Shown: one piece after another, positions 36,746 through 49,990 of the stretch
Numbering within the stretch: position 1 is the first letter of the stretch
Layout of the letters: the number at the start of each line of letters is the position of its first letter
Assembly: GCA_964276515.1 (NCBI GenBank)
Contig: OZ193909.1
Span: 14,942,001-15,006,000, forward strand
DNA length: 64,000 nt
Origin: Gordius albopunctatus
Taxonomy: Eukaryota
Reading direction: 5' to 3'
The notes under the pieces: model-generated
The model's database searches: none
What the model saw: only the letters and a program-made list of their open reading frames with translations
What the model was told of the DNA's origin: nothing
Made by a program: the position numbers and the translations under genes

Positions 36746-38400
36746 TGTAGAATATGCGCACGATAGAACTAAGAACAATAATGGCGATATCAGGTGATAA
36801 GGGAATATATATATGAATTGGAACTAAGGGTATTTATAAAATAAGAACCGAAGTTTACAAACAACATTAAAATACAATATTAAAATATCCATATTAAAAT
36901 ACAATATTAAACTATATAACACAAAATACAATATTCAAATATATAACATATCTCCTCCCTTTCTTTTTTGGCTTTTAATTATATTTCCTCGATAAGTATT
37001 GAAGGTGGGTTAGGCTTGATTGACAGTGGTACACTTGCACCAGCTCTTGTGTATCTAAGAACATCTTCCTTAGTTGGTCGATATGCTTCCGCAATAGCCT
37101 TCCATCCGCTTCCACTGAGTAAGACCACGGTTCTGTTCTTGTTGCAATGAAACCCTCATGCCAACCTTGACTCGATTTTTTTCTCACCCATCCCGGTTGC
37201 TCGGGAAGGAATACTCCTGCCTTTAATTCCTTGTCATGCGCCAAGCTATTGCCATTGGCTGCAGATTTATGCCGAATCCCGTACTCAAACCCAGAAACGG
37301 CAGTATCGGTAAGGCCATCACCACCCTTGTAATTTTCTTGACTCTCTTTGGCCACTTTCCATATCGGCCTGGCTTCTTCGTTGGTGGCTTCACTTGTATT
37401 TATTTGCTTGTACCATGTCTCGGTTTCCTTGTAGTTGCCCTGTTTCCCATATAAAACGGCTAGATTGTCGAGTGTGCGAAGTATTTCGTAACCAGAATTC
37501 AAGATGGAACCCGACCCATTGCTGCTTCCCGATTGGCCGTATATACTAGTTCCGTTATTAGCACCATCTGAGTCTGCCTGGTTATCTTCGAACCCGAGAT
37601 CACAGAGCGTTTAGTTTTTTGCTTTATGGTCACCCCTTATATGGCTTGCCGCCCGGTGTTGATGGCAGAAATGTTTTCATCGTATTTCTTAATGTCCGCC
37701 ATGTATTCCAAGTGTTTGCCCATTTCTTCCAACGCAGCCACGTTCTGTTCGCTAGCCATCAGCTTTTGATGAGTCTTATCCAACTCGTCTCGTAGCCAAG
37801 CATTTTCTTGACACGTAATCGAGGTTTGATTGTTCAGACTACTTACATTATGAACTTCAACCATTGGGGGAAGTGATAAATTAAAAGCTAAACTCCATGG
37901 TAACCCAAAAAGATGATTTCCGTCGTAACGTTGGTATTTAAAAATATTGTGGGTTTTAAAAGACCTGTCTCCTTGCGTCCTCGATATCTTTTGAACCATA
38001 TGAAAATTTTCCTGCGTCTCCTTCTCAGCTCTTTCTATCGTTAGTGCCATGTCTAGCACCTTCTCCAATGTGAGAGAACTTCCTTCCTTTTCCTCACAAT
38101 CGGGAAAATTTGTCTGAATTTTGAGTTCCAGCCGTTGAATATCCACTCCAAAAATCAGCTGATCTCGAATACGTGCCTCTATGTCTACCTTAAAGTTTCA
38201 ATTCTGCACAATAGAATTGATTTTACGATAGAAATCCAAAACCGATTCACCTTAACCTCTTTTCGATCGCATCAGTTCCATTCTTGCTGCAATTGCCCAA
38301 GTTGTATTTTTAAATACTTTACGCAAAGCCGAGACAATTTTGTCCCATATGGCATCCTTAAATAGTTTTGGATATAAAAATTGAGCCACTTTCCTTAAAT
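36746..38400 (-). mobile_element. Internally deleted Gypsy relic containing captured kinesin light chain sequence
   Basis: gag-like LTLEKVLDMALTIERA; integrase-tail W.EG.I..RT.PWSY.VEADGRLLRKHIDQLR; PPT AAAGAAAGGGAGGAGA then candidate LTR TGTT...TACA (36948-36746). Confidence 0.65.
37260..37813 (-). pseudogene. KLC: Processed, internally deleted kinesin light chain fragment
   Basis: CQENAWLRDELDKTHQKLMASEQNVAALEE..KHLEYM..IKKYD; GYEI-LRTLDNLAVLYGKQGNYKETETWYKQI; PIWKVA; EYG..HK. Confidence 0.85.
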
Positions 38401-40289
38401 TGGCCGTGCCTAGGAATGATACACAAAATAATGTTTATAACTAATGATAATTATCTGTCATGCATTTAAATTCTGATATAAATAAAATATCTTTTTTATC
38501 TATTTGATTTTGAATTAGAAAAAGACAAGAAGAGATGTGTGGGGAATACTATGAGTATTTGTGTTTATATAAAATAACGCATGAATATGTTTGTTTGTAA
38601 TAGGTGAAGATGGGACTGAATTAAAAAAAACTCTTGTTTTCTCCCTTACTATGGGAAATTAAGGTAATTATTTTTAAGCATTAGATATTTTAAATATATA
38701 TAAGTGGAAGGCAAATATTATTCTGCTTCCAGCAGTGAAATTCACATGAACTCTGAAAGTGGCAAGAAAGATTTTGGTTTAATATAGAAGTATTATATAT
38801 ATTTTCATGTTATAGGTCAAGATGAAAATTGTAATTCTGCTGGAGTGGGGAAAACTGTCTCTTCTTTTTCTTATGCTAAAAATGATGGTAATTAAAATTA
38901 TGCAAGTTGTTTTTATTTTATTAATATATATTGATAAAGATGAGTGTATTGGCAGCTCTACTAATTGCTCAGTCTCTGAAAGTGAAAAACATGGGCAAAA
39001 TATAAAACTTAAGCCATCATATAAAATTATGATTTCGTGCACATCTAAATACAAATGGCTAATTTTTAATAAAGCCTTAGGTGGGGCTTTATGCTCTGTC
39101 TGTCCTCTTTACAAAAAAAACGATTTATTTATTCAACAAAAAACACTTATATCACTAATAAAAATCAGTAAATATTATATAAAATGGTTTAGCAATTAAA
39201 ACATCTTTTACCCCCCCCCCCCGAAAGTTGAAAATACACCCCCGGAGCATTTTTTCTGAAAGAAACCCTGAGTACAACTAAAAATCTAGCCGTAACTATA
39301 TTGCTTAATTTTAAATTCACTCATTAAATTATATATTATTTTCCTAGCACCCCAAAACACCTAAGCCAAACCAAAGGTGGACTAATAATAACAAGTAAAA
39401 ACCTTTGGTTTGTTAAAAACAAAATTATGACTAAACCTAGAGGTCGGCTAGACAAAACAGACTAACAGCCTTTAGGTCTTTTCTCCAAATATCGACTAAA
39501 CCTCAAGGTCGGCTAAGAAAACAAACCAAAAGACCTTGAGGTCTTTTTCAAAAATAGACCAAGACCAAAGGTCGGCTAAAAAAACCCAGGTCTTTTTAGA
39601 ACACTGCTCCCAACCACCATTGACAAATAAAATTCCGAATTATATATAAAAAGGTAGATATTAATAGAATTCATGTTAGTATTGCGGATAGAATTTGAAA
39701 TGAAAATATACTAATTTTAAGGCTTTTTATATTCCGCCCCTAGTGCGTGTTTTAAAAAGAAAAAATATTTTATTATTAATTATTTCTCTAAAAACTCAGA
39801 AGATGCCAATAGGCAATTAAATTTTTCCTAGCATGTAAAAAATATGCTCATTTAAACTTACCTTAGAAATTGTGAGTGTCAATACTACCAGATAAGAGCA
39901 TAATAAATACAAATAATTAATTGAATAAATGATTATTTTACATAGCGTTTTGCATGCTTTATTTATATGCCTGTTTCATTTTTAAACTTACTTTTAAATC
40001 TATTTTCTTTAGAACCCTAGTGTGCTAATGCTAAAGTAAAGATTGATGAACGAATTCAACTAAGAATTAATAATCCTTTTGAAGTTTATTTCCAAATAAT
40101 TATGTATGTTATATGCTAAAATATATTAAATTAATAAGCTGGCATCGAGCCATGGATTCAGATTGTATTAGATTTTACAATTTCCATTCTGATTTTCTGC
40201 TTGATGTAGAAAAATTCTTTGGGATCGTGTGTGATGGAGGTTATAAATTTTGATGTTTGTTAAATGAATTGACTGCCCCCGGGACCTAA

Positions 40290-40460
40290 ATTACGGAGGG
40301 TCGTGGCTACTACTGGTACAAAATAATATTGCTGAGGTATTTGTATTTTTCCACTTTCTTTCTCTCAGTAGAAGAGATGAGGTCGGGAGAGGCGTTAGAT
40401 TTGGCAAATATATCCACTGTAGTGAAGTCCCAGCAGGCGTTTAGGCCACGAGCCCACAAA
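40290..40460 (-). pseudogene. CRE-like endonuclease-domain fragment
   Basis: W.RGLNACWDFTTVDIF....TERKKVEKY resembles LKWDFTCIDLF...EGRKTTKY. Confidence 0.55.
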
Positions 40461-41467
40461 TTATCTTTTAAAGACCTTAAGATGATCACGTAAACAACTA
40501 ACTTTATTAAAGCAAATGTAGTTGGCGTTGGCAAATTTAAAATAATAAATTTCGGCCTTTGGATGGCTTATAAACGTGCTGGGCATGGTTGGGGTTCAGG
40601 CTTTGAGGTAATTTAACAAGTCCGCCTGGGCCTAGCAAAAAAATTATGTAAAAAACATTTTAATTTTGGTATTTATTTTTTTTGAAGGTTATCAAATATA
40701 ATTATTTAATATTTACAATAATTATTTAATCAATATGGATATATCTTTAACATTTATTCTTAGAACTTCTGATTTTTAAATAAATTTATCCCAAATTTTA
40801 TTTTTAAATAAGGTTGAAATTAACAAAGCTAAGTAATATTTGTTAAATAAAATTAACCTTGCATAGAAATCCCATTTAAATTTGACATACTTGGTTTTAT
40901 GCAACTGTGTCTCTTGATGGAATTAACAAAAACCTTTTAAAGACTAATGATCTTTTAATATGATTATTATTCCACTTTTTAATAAATAAATATATTTGGT
41001 TTAATAATAATAGAATTTGAGTCTAAAAAAGCAAAATATACTTTTTGGAAGGGTCCAGACAGGGCCCTTACTTTTCCTAAAAAAATAAGCAGGCTGGGCT
41101 CAAGCCTATAATTTGATCTCAACAATGTACATATTTTTGATTGAATTTTGTTAAATCAAAATCATTGGACACAGAGCTAACCCCTCCCTGCTCTCCAATT
41201 AGGCAATTCCACATGAAACTACTCAAATCTTATGTTACTTTATAAGACTTGACTTTTAATATAAAAAATGGAGAAATAATTTATAGGTCCAAAATATATA
41301 AACTAAACATATGTAAACCTTCATTTATCCCGTAATAAAAAATTAATGCCAAACCTTTTATAAAAATTCACATCAGACTTTGATCTTTATTAAGTCACAA
41401 ATATAATTTGCCTAACAAAAAAAATCTATCATGTAAAATATAATTTAAATTATTAAAAATATAACGA

Positions 41468-42456
41468 TTAAACTTTTTGTAATATATATGCCCAGTTCCC
41501 TTTATCATAATACGAGTAGAGTAACTTCAAACCTTTAATTTGCATTAAAAATTTGTCCATTTCATTTTGCTTAAACACATGATAGTAGCGATAATAGATA
41601 TTATCTTTAGGTAAGTTATTGTGAGCATTTGAGTGAGAATTAGTTTTAAGATTCCATGGAACTAAAACATCTTTATCAAGAAATTGGGTGCGATTTTTAT
41701 GTATTAATAAACTACAAGGCAAATGCTCAGCATCCAAATCTTCTGAATTCTGTCTATTTTTGTTAATGATGCTATGTGATGCCAAATTTGTTTCCAATAT
41801 ATTTTTATCATCAATTGTAGGTTCTTTTGGTAATGTGTGTTGTTCATATGCCCAGACCTGCAATAATATTTTCCCACCAGTTTTTGTAGCACTCATTATC
41901 TGATTTAGTGCTCTCAGCCTTCTTTCCTAAAATAAAAGGGTTAATAAATATTAAGGCAACACTGTAAATAACGGCAATCTATACTTGTGTTGATAAGTGA
42001 TGCAAAACTGCAATACAAATGCAAGCATCAAATATCTCATTTTTAAAGGGCAAATTCAATGCATCTCCCTCAATTACTTCTGAGCCTTTAGATGCAACTA
42101 TGTAGTTTAGATTCTTGCACCTATCAATTCCAACCATCATAACATCATTCCCTGCAATACACATTTAAAATAAACTTAAGATTCCTAAAACATGGGTTTA
42201 AAAAATTATACAGCTTTTACTTATTTTATGGTACTTTCCATTACCGCTTCCAACATCCAAAATTAAAGAAGCTGGTTCAAGATTATCAATAAATTCTTTA
42301 ACTTTGGGCCAAGGATTAAACCTTGTGTGATCAAAATGACTTGCAATTTTATCATAAACCTAGAAATCAAATGCTAAATTTTTGGATAAATACCTCATGG
42401 ACGTACCTATTTTCGAAAGATTTTGGATCTCTTTCTTCGATTTTTGAAAATTCCAT
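41468..42456 (-). CDS. tRNA wobble-uridine methyltransferase, Trm9/ALKBH8-MT-domain/TRMT9B-like (3 introns)
   Basis: YVHEVYDKIASHFDHTRFNPWPKV..F...LILDVGSGNGKY; DACICIAVLHHL; VWAYEQ; DVLVPW; YYRYYHVF...E; YYDKGNW. Confidence 0.9.
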
Positions 42457-42489
42457 AAAATATGGTAGCTTTCAGATCGCAGCTTGCTT

Positions 42490-42665
42490 AAAATCGTCAC
42501 CTATTTGTACCTATTTTGGAAATTACTTGTTTGCATAGTAAAAGTTACTAGTAGATCACTTTATAAAAGGTGCGTTAAATTAGTTTTAAATTTACGAGAA
42601 AATTATATAAAGAGCATTCTTTAATTTCTGATAAAATTATTCAATGCATAAGTTAATTTTCATAA
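42490..42665 (+). repeat. Left copy of ~175-bp duplication flanking the CRE element
   Basis: Matches ~46334-46509 with 2 visible mismatches. Confidence 0.9.
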
Positions 42666-45600
42666 ACCAGCTTTAAAAGATTAATAAATATTCTATTATC
42701 CATGCCTATATAACAATTACAACCCAATAGAAGTGTCGGCTAAATCGAAAAATGCTTATTATGATTATCATAACATAAACTATATGATGCATACTTAAAA
42801 AATTCTGCATAATTCCAATTCAATGGATAGAAGAGATATTGTGTTACACTTAGAATTTTATTATCTTAATGGCATTCTTTAACATCTCATCATCACAGCA
42901 TTTTGATTTTTTTAACAGACAAGCAAATTGAAGCCCTCAAACATTCATCACTAAACCAATTATGAACATTCGTTTTAAACAAAAAATCATTCATCATTAT
43001 ATTAAACCTACAAAAAAATACAAAGAGAAAGTCATTGATCAAATCACTTTCTATTGATTTTACTTCCAAACAACAATCATATATCATGTGGAAGCATTAA
43101 TCAACTTAACTATTATCAGAAGAAACTCCATGTTTAAAAACACTTTATAATGTTTCCATATCACAAAAGGTAAGCAATGTATACCTTAAAGGTTTTAATA
43201 TGACCTTTGTTGAATCCTTTGAGCCTTTTTTTCTCCAATATCATACAATTAATAACACTTTTCCCAGATACACTTTTGTATTATTAAACTTACAAAATTC
43301 TTATAAATCAAACAGCTTTAAAATAATCCCAACTTTAATTTTAATTGTCCAACCTCATCATGGCTTTTTTATTCCACATATGTTAATCTCTAAACCCCTA
43401 TGCCCAACTTGTAAGCGACGAATATGCCTTGATAAACATAATTGTTTCTGGATTCATTGCCCAGTGTCTTCAAGATGCCCTTCTTCGGGCAAATTACCTC
43501 CACCCTGCTTACCAATTCCACCCCTGGCTTCTAACTTTGAAGAGGCTCCCCTATTGCCAATTCCTAGCCCCGTCATCCCCCCATCCTTACAATGCTCCCC
43601 ATCAATTAATCAACCGCCTGACTCATCTTGGAGCAATTCTTTTTTAACAAACCCATTTCCTAATACTATCTCCAGAATCCCAAGAGGAGCCAGACCTTCC
43701 ATCCAACAATCTCTGCTAAATATATTCACTTCCATTATCAAATACCCTTATAACTTAACCAATTGGGACAAACTTTTTAAATTCCCATATTATATCCTTT
43801 ATGTTAGGGAACCTAATGAACATAATTTATCAAGCCTCATCAAGGAATCCCTTCTGTGTTTTAATACTGATGTTCCCATTACATGCACAAGTAAAACAAA
43901 ACCCTTTCCACTGGAACCCACAATTAACCAAACAGCCAAGCACATTTCAAATAAAATCCATAATTTCAACCCAAAAAGTGCCCTTAGAGCTTTTTATGAT
44001 AACAACTCAATTGCCCCTTGTTGTCCTGACTCTTATAGGGAGCTTAATCAAAAACACCCAGCAGCATCCTCAGCCAGTAAATACCCCACATCTCCATCAT
44101 CAATAGTGCTCGAGTCTTCAGACATCCGTGAAGCCCTTAACTCCTTTCCTTTGGACTCCGCAGCCGGGCTCGACGGATGGCGCCCAGTATATCTACAAGA
44201 TTTACTCAACCTGAATAATTTAAATACTGAACCTCTTTTAAATTCTATTACTTCCTTTTGTAATATCATTGTTAACGGAAAATTTCCTCATGAAATCATC
44301 CCTATTTTATTCGGTGCAAAACTTATCGGCATCAAAAAACCGGATAATTCAGTAAAACCCATCGCCATTGGAAGTCTTTTTCGCCGTATTATATCAAAAA
44401 CCCTCTGCAAACTCATAAAACCCTCCTTATCCGCCAAGCTCCGCCCACATCAACTCGGCTTCGGAATTAAAGGCGGATGTGAGGCAGCCAGCCATGCTGG
44501 CCGGATCACACTCCAAAATATTCCCACCGAGTCCTGCTTTGTTAAATTAGATTTTGCCAATGCTTTTAACTGCATTCGAAGAGAAACCCTTATTAACACT
44601 TTTTTTAGCTGAATTCCCACAATTCGTAAATTACATTTTATTAAGCTATGGTTCTACAACCAAGCTTCGATTCGGCGAATACGTCATTGACTCGTCCGAA
44701 GGCATCCAACAAGGAGACCCATTAGGCCCTCCTTTGTTTTGTTTAGCCATTCATAATTTAGTCGAGGCTATATCATCTCAGTGTATCCTGGATTTAAATG
44801 TTTGGTATCTCGACGACGCCACCCTATGTGGCCGCCCGGAGGAGATCAGTAAAGCTATACAAATTATCAACAATTTTAAACCCACTCTGAATCTTACATT
44901 AAACTCGAAAAAATGTGAAATCTTTCAGGCCCCCAACACTATTGACTTTCCAATTTTTAAACCTATTTTAGTTTTAGAGAAGGAAAACATATCCCTTTTG
45001 GGATCACCCATTGGCGGTGAAAAATCTCTCTTAAATTTTCTTCATAAGAACCTTGAAATTTTAAAATCTAAAACGGAACTTTTAAAATGCTTGCCAGCGC
45101 ATCACTCATTTTACATAATCAAAAACTATTTTAACATCTCAAAGATTAATCATTGTTTTCGCTCATCTGGCGCATTTTTACATCCAGACGTTTTAAAGTC
45201 GTACGAAGGCTTTCTAAAAACGTTATTAGAAAAAATTTTAAATTTAAAATTTAATACTAACAATTGGATTCAAGCATCCCTCCCAACCAAATCTGGAGGA
45301 TTAGGAATTCGCCCTCCCGGCAGCATATCGCTAGCCGCTTTTATTTCCTCTTTTAAGTCGATCCAAAACTTAATTTTTAATCTCATAAAACATGATTCCG
45401 ACCCCTTGCTAACTCAAGCCTTGGAGCTTTGGAATTTGAATGCCACACCCGAGACCATCCAACCTCAAAGTACGAGACAAAAGGATTGGGATTCTGGACT
45501 AGTATCGCGCTCCGTTGATTACCTCTTATCGAGCAGCGATGATAGCCAGCATTACAACCTTAGGTCCCTCGCTTTTGACGGTTCCAGTCACGAGTGGCTT

Positions 45601-46337
45601 GAAGCCTATCCCAGCGAACTTTTGGGAATGCTGCTTGAAGACTTTGAGCTATCATATTCCATAGCTTTAAGGTTGGGGATTAGTTACAGCAGAGAATTCA
45701 ACTGTCAAAACTGCCTTACCGTTGTAGACGAATATGCTAGGCACCCTCTACACTGCCTAGCAAACAAATATAAATACGTTAGGCACACTAAAGCTAATTT
45801 ATTAATTCAAGCTGCCCATAAAAAGGCCAAAATCCCCTCAATCCTTGAGCCGTCCGATCCCTCCCTTGAAGGTAGGATGCGCCCTGACGGCTCTTCTCTA
45901 GTCCCCTGGAAAAATGGCCTATCCCTCAAATGGGATTTTACTTGTATTGACCTTTTTGCACCTTCCCATTTTAATTACGACCCTATCGCTACAGAAGAAG
46001 GGCGTAAAACTACAAAGTATTCTGCCCTTTTGGCATCCAATATTTTTATCCCTGTCGTTGCCACGTGCTCCGGTTCCTTTGGCAAACAGGCAATGGGGTT
46101 TTTTAAAGAAATCGGAAAACGCACCCCGAGATCTAAAATTTCTGCGTCCTTTTTACTCAGGCAACAACTAGGGATTCTTGTTGCACGATACAACTTTAAA
46201 TCCTTTGCCGACTCATGGCCCATTTTAGAAGAGAATGATATAGATCTTTGTATTTAACCAATATGTCTTTATTTTTGTATTTCGCTTATTAATGTAACTT
46301 TGTTTCTTGAAAATAAACTTTTTAACAACAAAAAAAA
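42666..46337 (+). mobile_element. Near-full-length CRE-clade non-LTR retrotransposon (RT + restriction-like endonuclease)
   Basis: N-terminal CPTC...H finger; VKPIAIG, HQLGFG, KLDFANAFN, GIQQGDPLGP, WYLDD; C..C...HPLHC, RH, RPDG..WDFT endonuclease; AATAAA and A-rich tail. Confidence 0.9.
43200..46257 (+). CDS. CRE polyprotein, one frameshift at the T-run ~44600-44606
   Basis: ORFs 43200-44612 and 44554-46257 join into one RT-RLE protein if one T is removed. True start uncertain (possibly ATG 43380). Confidence 0.85.
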
Positions 46338-46509
46338 TCGTCACCTATTTGTACCTATTTTGGAAATTACTTGTTTGCATAGTAAAAGTTACTAGTAGAT
46401 CACTTTATGAAAGGTGCGTTAAATTAGTTTTAAATTTACGAGAAAATTATATAAAGAGCATTCTTTAATTTCTGATAAAATTATTCAATACATAAGTTAA
46501 TTTTCATAA
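46334..46509 (+). repeat. Right copy of ~175-bp duplication
   Basis: Begins at the A tail: AAAATCGTCACCTATTTG...TTTTCATAA. Confidence 0.9.
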
Positions 46510-49500
46510 CGTTTTCTCCGTCATTAGGGTTAGTGTTTTAAAAATGGAATATTAAAATGATTGAACTCATTGATTCCACTCAAGTTTTAAAACATTTAGA
46601 ATAATAAATATTTTTATGATAATTTTAAATTAAAGAATCATAGAATATCTTCAGTGGCATAGACAAAGGGGTGAGGAGGATTTCGGGCTAGAACCACCCC
46701 CCCCTTCCATTGACAAAAAAGAATCAAAAAATTCCAATTATATGGAAAAATTAATGATGTTTAAGTTAAGATGTTTATTAGGGTTAGAAAAATACTACTC
46801 TGCTTATAAAGATTAATGACACTAATTTTGATTTTGTAGAAACGTTAATAATTTGTTTAGAAGCGGATTGTATTTTAATCTATTCGAAATTTATGTATTA
46901 ACCATCATTTGTAATTTCAACCATAACAATTTAAGGTGATTGTACAAGATAATTTCGGTGTACTTTGTACTGTGGTGATTAGGAATCGAATGTATATTAA
47001 TTACCATAGTTAAATTTTGTAATTTCCATTTTGGGGAAAAATCGATAGCATATCAAATAAAATTTGATGAGGAATAATTTTTATTAAATCATCCTACAAT
47101 AATTATAATCATAATAATCAGGATATTAGGATGGAATGGAGTATACATAAAACGAAAAGTTCATACATAAAGCAAAAAGTTCTGAGTCAAATCTATTTAT
47201 TTGGTTCTTCTTCAATAATATCGTTTGTAATTACTGAACTATAAAATACAACACACATGAAGTATCCCGATAAAACTAAATAGTCTTAGGATACATCATG
47301 GACAAAACACTCCTTATGAATTTAAAATGGGTTTTTGACTAATTTTACATTAAAAATGTGGTTGGCGTCGGCAAAGTTAAATTTATGGTCGCACCTGAAC
47401 GGGCTTAAGGTAATCAAAGTGCTCCGCCGGGCTTAGCTATAAGTAGGCCACAATCAGATTAGCAAAAACTATTTAAGTCATGTTTTTATTTTTGTATTTT
47501 GATGCATAAAAATAAAAAATTGGTGATTTTTATTACCCTTATCAATTCTATAATTATGTAATTTCTACAATATTAATATAATAAATATTATTTTTTCATT
47601 TTCGTTCATTCATAGAACTTTTGATGTTCAAATAAGTGGATTTGAAAAGATTCAATTCTTTACTAAGGTTAAAAATTAACAAAAACAGGAAATTTTAGTT
47701 AACCACGCATCCAGTTTTAAATCATATTTGAGATAAATGGTTTTATGCAGCTACAAGTGCTACTGGTGAAAGTGAGGGGTGTGGCTTCTTATGAGAAATA
47801 AAATCCGTTTAACACTGATGATTTATTAATATGATTATTATGGAACATTTTTCATTTATAATTAATTGTTTTGATATTGGCAAAAACTTTGCATTTAAAA
47901 AGTAGCAAAATAAAGAAATTGTCTGATAAGACTGTGCCCGTGCTTTGCAAAAATTAGCGGGCCGGACTTGAGCTTAAAATTTAATCTCAACGAGCCGCCC
48001 ATGCCAAGCCCGGGTTTTTAATTTGTACTGGTGGGCCACTCCAGCCTAAAGGGCCGGTGCATATATACAGAAGAATCAAAAGGAGCTTATTGGAAAGTGT
48101 CCTTGGGAGAAACAATGGCGAAATTAGGTTAGAAAATTTATATAAATTTAACAGTTAATGCTTTTTTAAGTAGAAACATAATACAGAAGATATTTTTAAT
48201 TTTATCAAAAGCCCATTGTAAATATTGAATTTATATTACATAATCATAAAATTTTGACACAATGTTAACCCCCCCCCCCCCAGACAACCCTGCTGCCTAC
48301 GACAATGAGTTTATTATTCATGTAAAATTTGTAAGCATTTAAATTACACATCTCACCATCAATTATTGATTCCGTTATTTTCGATAACATATTTATTTAC
48401 TTATAATACATATTTTCAAATTACTATCACAACTTAATTGTAATCTTGCTATATTGGATTTAAATTTAGGTTAGGGAAGGGGGCAAATTTTAATTCCATC
48501 AGACAAAGTTTGTAAAATAAAAGGGAATAGCTATCCCTCTCTATCTCTCCTTTGGGCTAAACTAATTTATTGAGATAATGTTGTCGGAATCGTATATTTA
48601 AGTTATTTGAATTATCATCATTGCAGTATATTAAATATCTAACCAATTTTTGGTTGCTGCTCAAAAGGCATTTATTTTAAATCTAGCCGTTCAGAGCAAC
48701 AATCAAAAGCGGTAAAATAGCAAAATTTATATAAAAAAAAATAGTTAAAATTTACCTCCTTTGCGAAATTATGGTGGAATTTCCATTTTATGTGTAGAAA
48801 TTTTGGGAAAAATAATTGATGAGAACTTGATTCCTTAAGTATCACATTATATAGCCTAGTTCATAAAGGCATCAACAAAGGTTAAACGTGGATAATTGAC
48901 GTGAAAATAATAGTTAAATAGTCGAAGTGCTTTTGCACTTTTAAAGGAAATAACAAATTACCCTTAATTATAGAAGTGTGCTAGTCTACATTATATGTTA
49001 GATGATTCAAGTGGGTGGAAGTAAGCACGTTTTCAGCCTTATTTTTATCGAAATAACAGTTTGTTTAATTTTTTTACGGTTTTAAAAAGGGGGGTGGTAA
49101 AATTATTTACAAAAAAGTTAACCTGATCTTAAGTAGTTAGTAGAGTAATTTATTAAAGTGAGATGACCCATTTGAGACGGGGTAACAATCATTGAGTTCG
49201 ACACAAACCACCGGATGGACACTACTTTAATGAACAAAAGTCTATATTATAAATCAAAATTATCTCTTAGGTCATCGCGATCAAAACGAATAAAAGTGAT
49301 AGGGTCGAGGGAAAGGGTGGTTACAATGGGAGTTGGCAAACAATAAAGGTCCCCTTTGTCCAGTTATTACACCTTTGTACAAAGTGTAAATAATTAATTT
49401 TACCTAAAAAATTAATTTAGCAGTGGTGCATAGAATAATGGCAAGGTGTATGAAGATGTAATAATGAAATGTAGCAAATATAAAATTATAAGTATTAGGT

Positions 49501-49915
49501 GGGAGGAAGGGGGGGGGGGAAGGGGCAAAAGTTTTATACTGATTTAGTTGGGTCAATTCTTTTGTCAAATTTGGTTAAAATTTCGTTAAATATAATAAAT
49601 TGGGCTTTCTTTCTGTAACCCCCTGGCAAAGCTTATGGGGCATACAATGCTTTATCTATTGTGCCTTGACATTTTTGTATAAATTCAACTGTCGAAGCAT
49701 TGCATTAGTTATAAAATTGCTATTAAATGACTCTGTATATTTTTTACCAATAAAAATAACAATTCTTAGCAAATGTTTCTTTTAAATAATATGAAACACA
49801 AAAATTGCAATAGCTGTTCATCAGTGGTCACCTTCTTTAGGTATTTTGATGAGGGGTGACGCTCGGCTATCCAGGCATGATACGCGTGTTGACGATCTGA
49901 ATCTTTTGAAAGAAA

Positions 49916-49990
49916 GTGCCAAAAGCGGGATTTGAACCCGCAAGCTCATGTACAAAGACAAAGCCTATACCAACTACGCTCCCACGCCCC
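49916..49990 (-). other. tRNA-derived (SINE-like or pseudo-tRNA) head
   Basis: Reverse strand has A-box-like GCGTAGTTGGTA and B-box GCGGGTTCAAATCCCGC. No clean cloverleaf. Confidence 0.35.

Larger units (their letters stand above)
36002..39270. mobile_element. Longer relative of the 11532-12711 hAT element (left end missing)
   Basis: 36002-36480 matches ~11624-12100. 38660-39270 matches ~12100-12711 and ends CTGAAAGAAACCCTG. Confidence 0.8.
34571..39606. mobile_element. Fold-back/hAT-type element with ~330-bp terminal inverted repeats carrying nested insertions
   Basis: 34571-~34895 is the reverse complement of ~39288-39606. Perfect 8-bp TSD CTCCCAAC (34563-34570, 39607-39614). Confidence 0.8.

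Noticed and set aside
44590..44615. Two-ORF organisation or programmed frameshift in the CRE element
   Set aside because: The break falls inside the RT domain at a T-run; most likely a homopolymer indel.
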